This document shows positions 62,409 through 64,000 of a DNA stretch of 64,000 bases, piece by piece. Numbering within the stretch: position 1 is the first letter of the stretch; each line of letters begins with the position of its first letter. This DNA is from Narcine bancroftii (taxonomy: Eukaryota), in the NCBI RefSeq assembly GCF_036971445.1, contig NC_091470.1, positions 247,938,001 to 248,002,000 of the forward strand, written 5' to 3'. The notes beneath the pieces are model-generated. The model saw nothing but the letters and a program-made list of their open reading frames with translations. It made no database searches and was not told where the DNA came from. The position numbers and the translations under genes were made by a program.

Positions 62409-62759
62409 TTTCTTTCTTCTGCCCTATTCCTCAACCTGCACCTTTCCCTTCCATCTATTTCTACTTCACCTTATGATGTCATTTTTTTTTTCCTTTCCCT
62501 GCTTCTATCATGATGCGTTGAGCATTATAGTCCACTACTCAAGGTTCTGTGATGAGACATTAATTCCACTCCTTTTCGTGATTTGTTTGAGCTGTCCAAA
62601 TTGAAAGATCTTATGAGAAATACAGCTCCCTAAGACCCATGTGACATAGCCAGGGACAAGGTATTCTGTCCTGCAATGTTCCCATAACTTTGGATTTCCA
62701 ATGTTAGACTTTCTGTGTCCTTCATGTAAAATCAACAATTTAATACCAGTTTAGCCATG

Positions 62760-63140
62760 ATGCTGTTGTTCCATGTCATTTGATCTAGAATGGCTGCAAT
62801 GATAGTTGGGTAATCATTGTTAAAACAGAAGCCAAAGCCTAGTTTGTCCAATTAAGGTGATCAATGATAGCAAATTTTTTTTTCAATGTAGGCTTACACA
62901 TTTATAACTAAATTAAAAGCTTTTTCTAGATCATACCTGATTGCTATTGTTTCTTGATGGACACCATGTCAGATTCCTTACTGGATGCCTAAGAGCCCAT
63001 CATATATCCTCATCTTGTGGTTCACAGCTTGGAAAAGTTCAAATAAAGGTGATGGGCCTGATTTGCCATTCATAGACAGGCTAGGTTGGAATTACCACCT
63101 TCACTTCAGTTATATGCTCATTCAATTACTTCCTTTATAA
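62760..63140 (-). mobile_element. CR1 RT fragment, degraded
   Basis: ggacaccatgtcagattccttactggatgcc; gatttgccattca; attcaattacttccttt. Confidence 0.5.
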
Positions 63141-63759
63141 CAGAACACAGTTTCCATTTCCCCTAATATAGACATCAAGCAATACTGAGGATTTTCCAGT
63201 TATCTGGTGGTGTCCACATACTTAAGGTGTTGTGGTTCATTGCCCTCCAACCCTTGACATTCTCAATACATTTTATTTGGGATGAATATGAGAGACTTGG
63301 CCAGCATCTGAACTAATGCTGACCATATATTCTTCTCACGATTTCACCTCATGTTTGTCTCACTTGCTCATTTCAGAGGGCAGTTAGGAGTTGGGTGTGT
63401 TTTTATGGGTCGGGTCTGGAGTCACATAAACCAAACCAAGTAAAGAGAGAAGATAGTGAAAAAGAAGGGTTTCATAATACATTGGCCTCTACTGTCCCCT
63501 TTAATTCAAAATGTATTTCATAACTGGAATTTGAATTAAATTGTTTATTGACCCTTGTATTGAAATACAGTGGAAAAACATTCTTTTGCATGCTCTCCAA
63601 GCAAGTCATCCTCTACATTGATGTAAGCATCAAAATATAGTGTTACATATAAACAAAAGCACAGTACAAAGTGATACTCAAGACAGAAGTAAATTCCCAG
63701 ATTCCGGTGACATGATTTGAACATGGCACCACCAGATCTTTACACCAGTCTTGGCAATA

Positions 63760-64000
63760 ATAAGAATAAAGGAAATAGGAGTCAGCCACTGGTCCATTAA
63801 ACCTATTTCGCCATTCAATAAGATCATGACTGATCTGGCCATGGACTCAGCTCCACTTAACTTGCCTGTTGATCATAACACTAATTTTCCTGCTCTTCAA
63901 AAATCTGTCTCATGACTTAAATGCATTTAATGAGGCAGCCTCTATTCCTTCATTGGTCAGAGAATTCCATAGATTCATACTAATCTCTTGTCTTATATCT
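63760..64000 (-). mobile_element. CR1 3' end
   Basis: cgccattcaataagatcatgactgatctg...cagagaattccatagattca. Confidence 0.7.

Overview
Eukaryotic, AT-rich, repeat-dense vertebrate DNA. The repeat repertoire (CR1, Rex1, Deu-domain SINEs, Penelope, L1/Tx1-like, Gmr1- and Mag-like Gypsy) suggests a cartilaginous fish; this is an inference. The only host coding sequence is the large terminal exon of ZNF407 (+ strand, 29805-31177). Bases 1-29804 are therefore probably its last intron, and a 3'UTR follows the exon. The rest is a layered, mostly dead transposon landscape: three Gypsy LTR elements (14799-18603 +; ~36430-40479 +; Gmr1-type 42332-48480 -), a full-length degenerate L1-clade LINE (54171-60095 -) nested in a Penelope element, solo LTRs, hAT/Tigger/Harbinger-like MITEs and SINEs. 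Several unique, motif-rich blocks may be conserved enhancers. The most unusual observations are: (i) a Mag-like Gypsy with no tRNA-type PBS, whose post-LTR sequence is complementary to the LTR's own AATAAA region, flanked by a ~330 bp direct duplication; (ii) a 98-bp hammerhead-like insert with a perfect 12-bp TSD; (iii) a hAT MITE that moved both as a monomer and as an inverted composite; (iv) a 22-bp perfect palindrome in a CNE-like block. No prokaryotic systems, CRISPR arrays or RNA genes are supported. All family assignments come from motif recognition by eye, not database searches.
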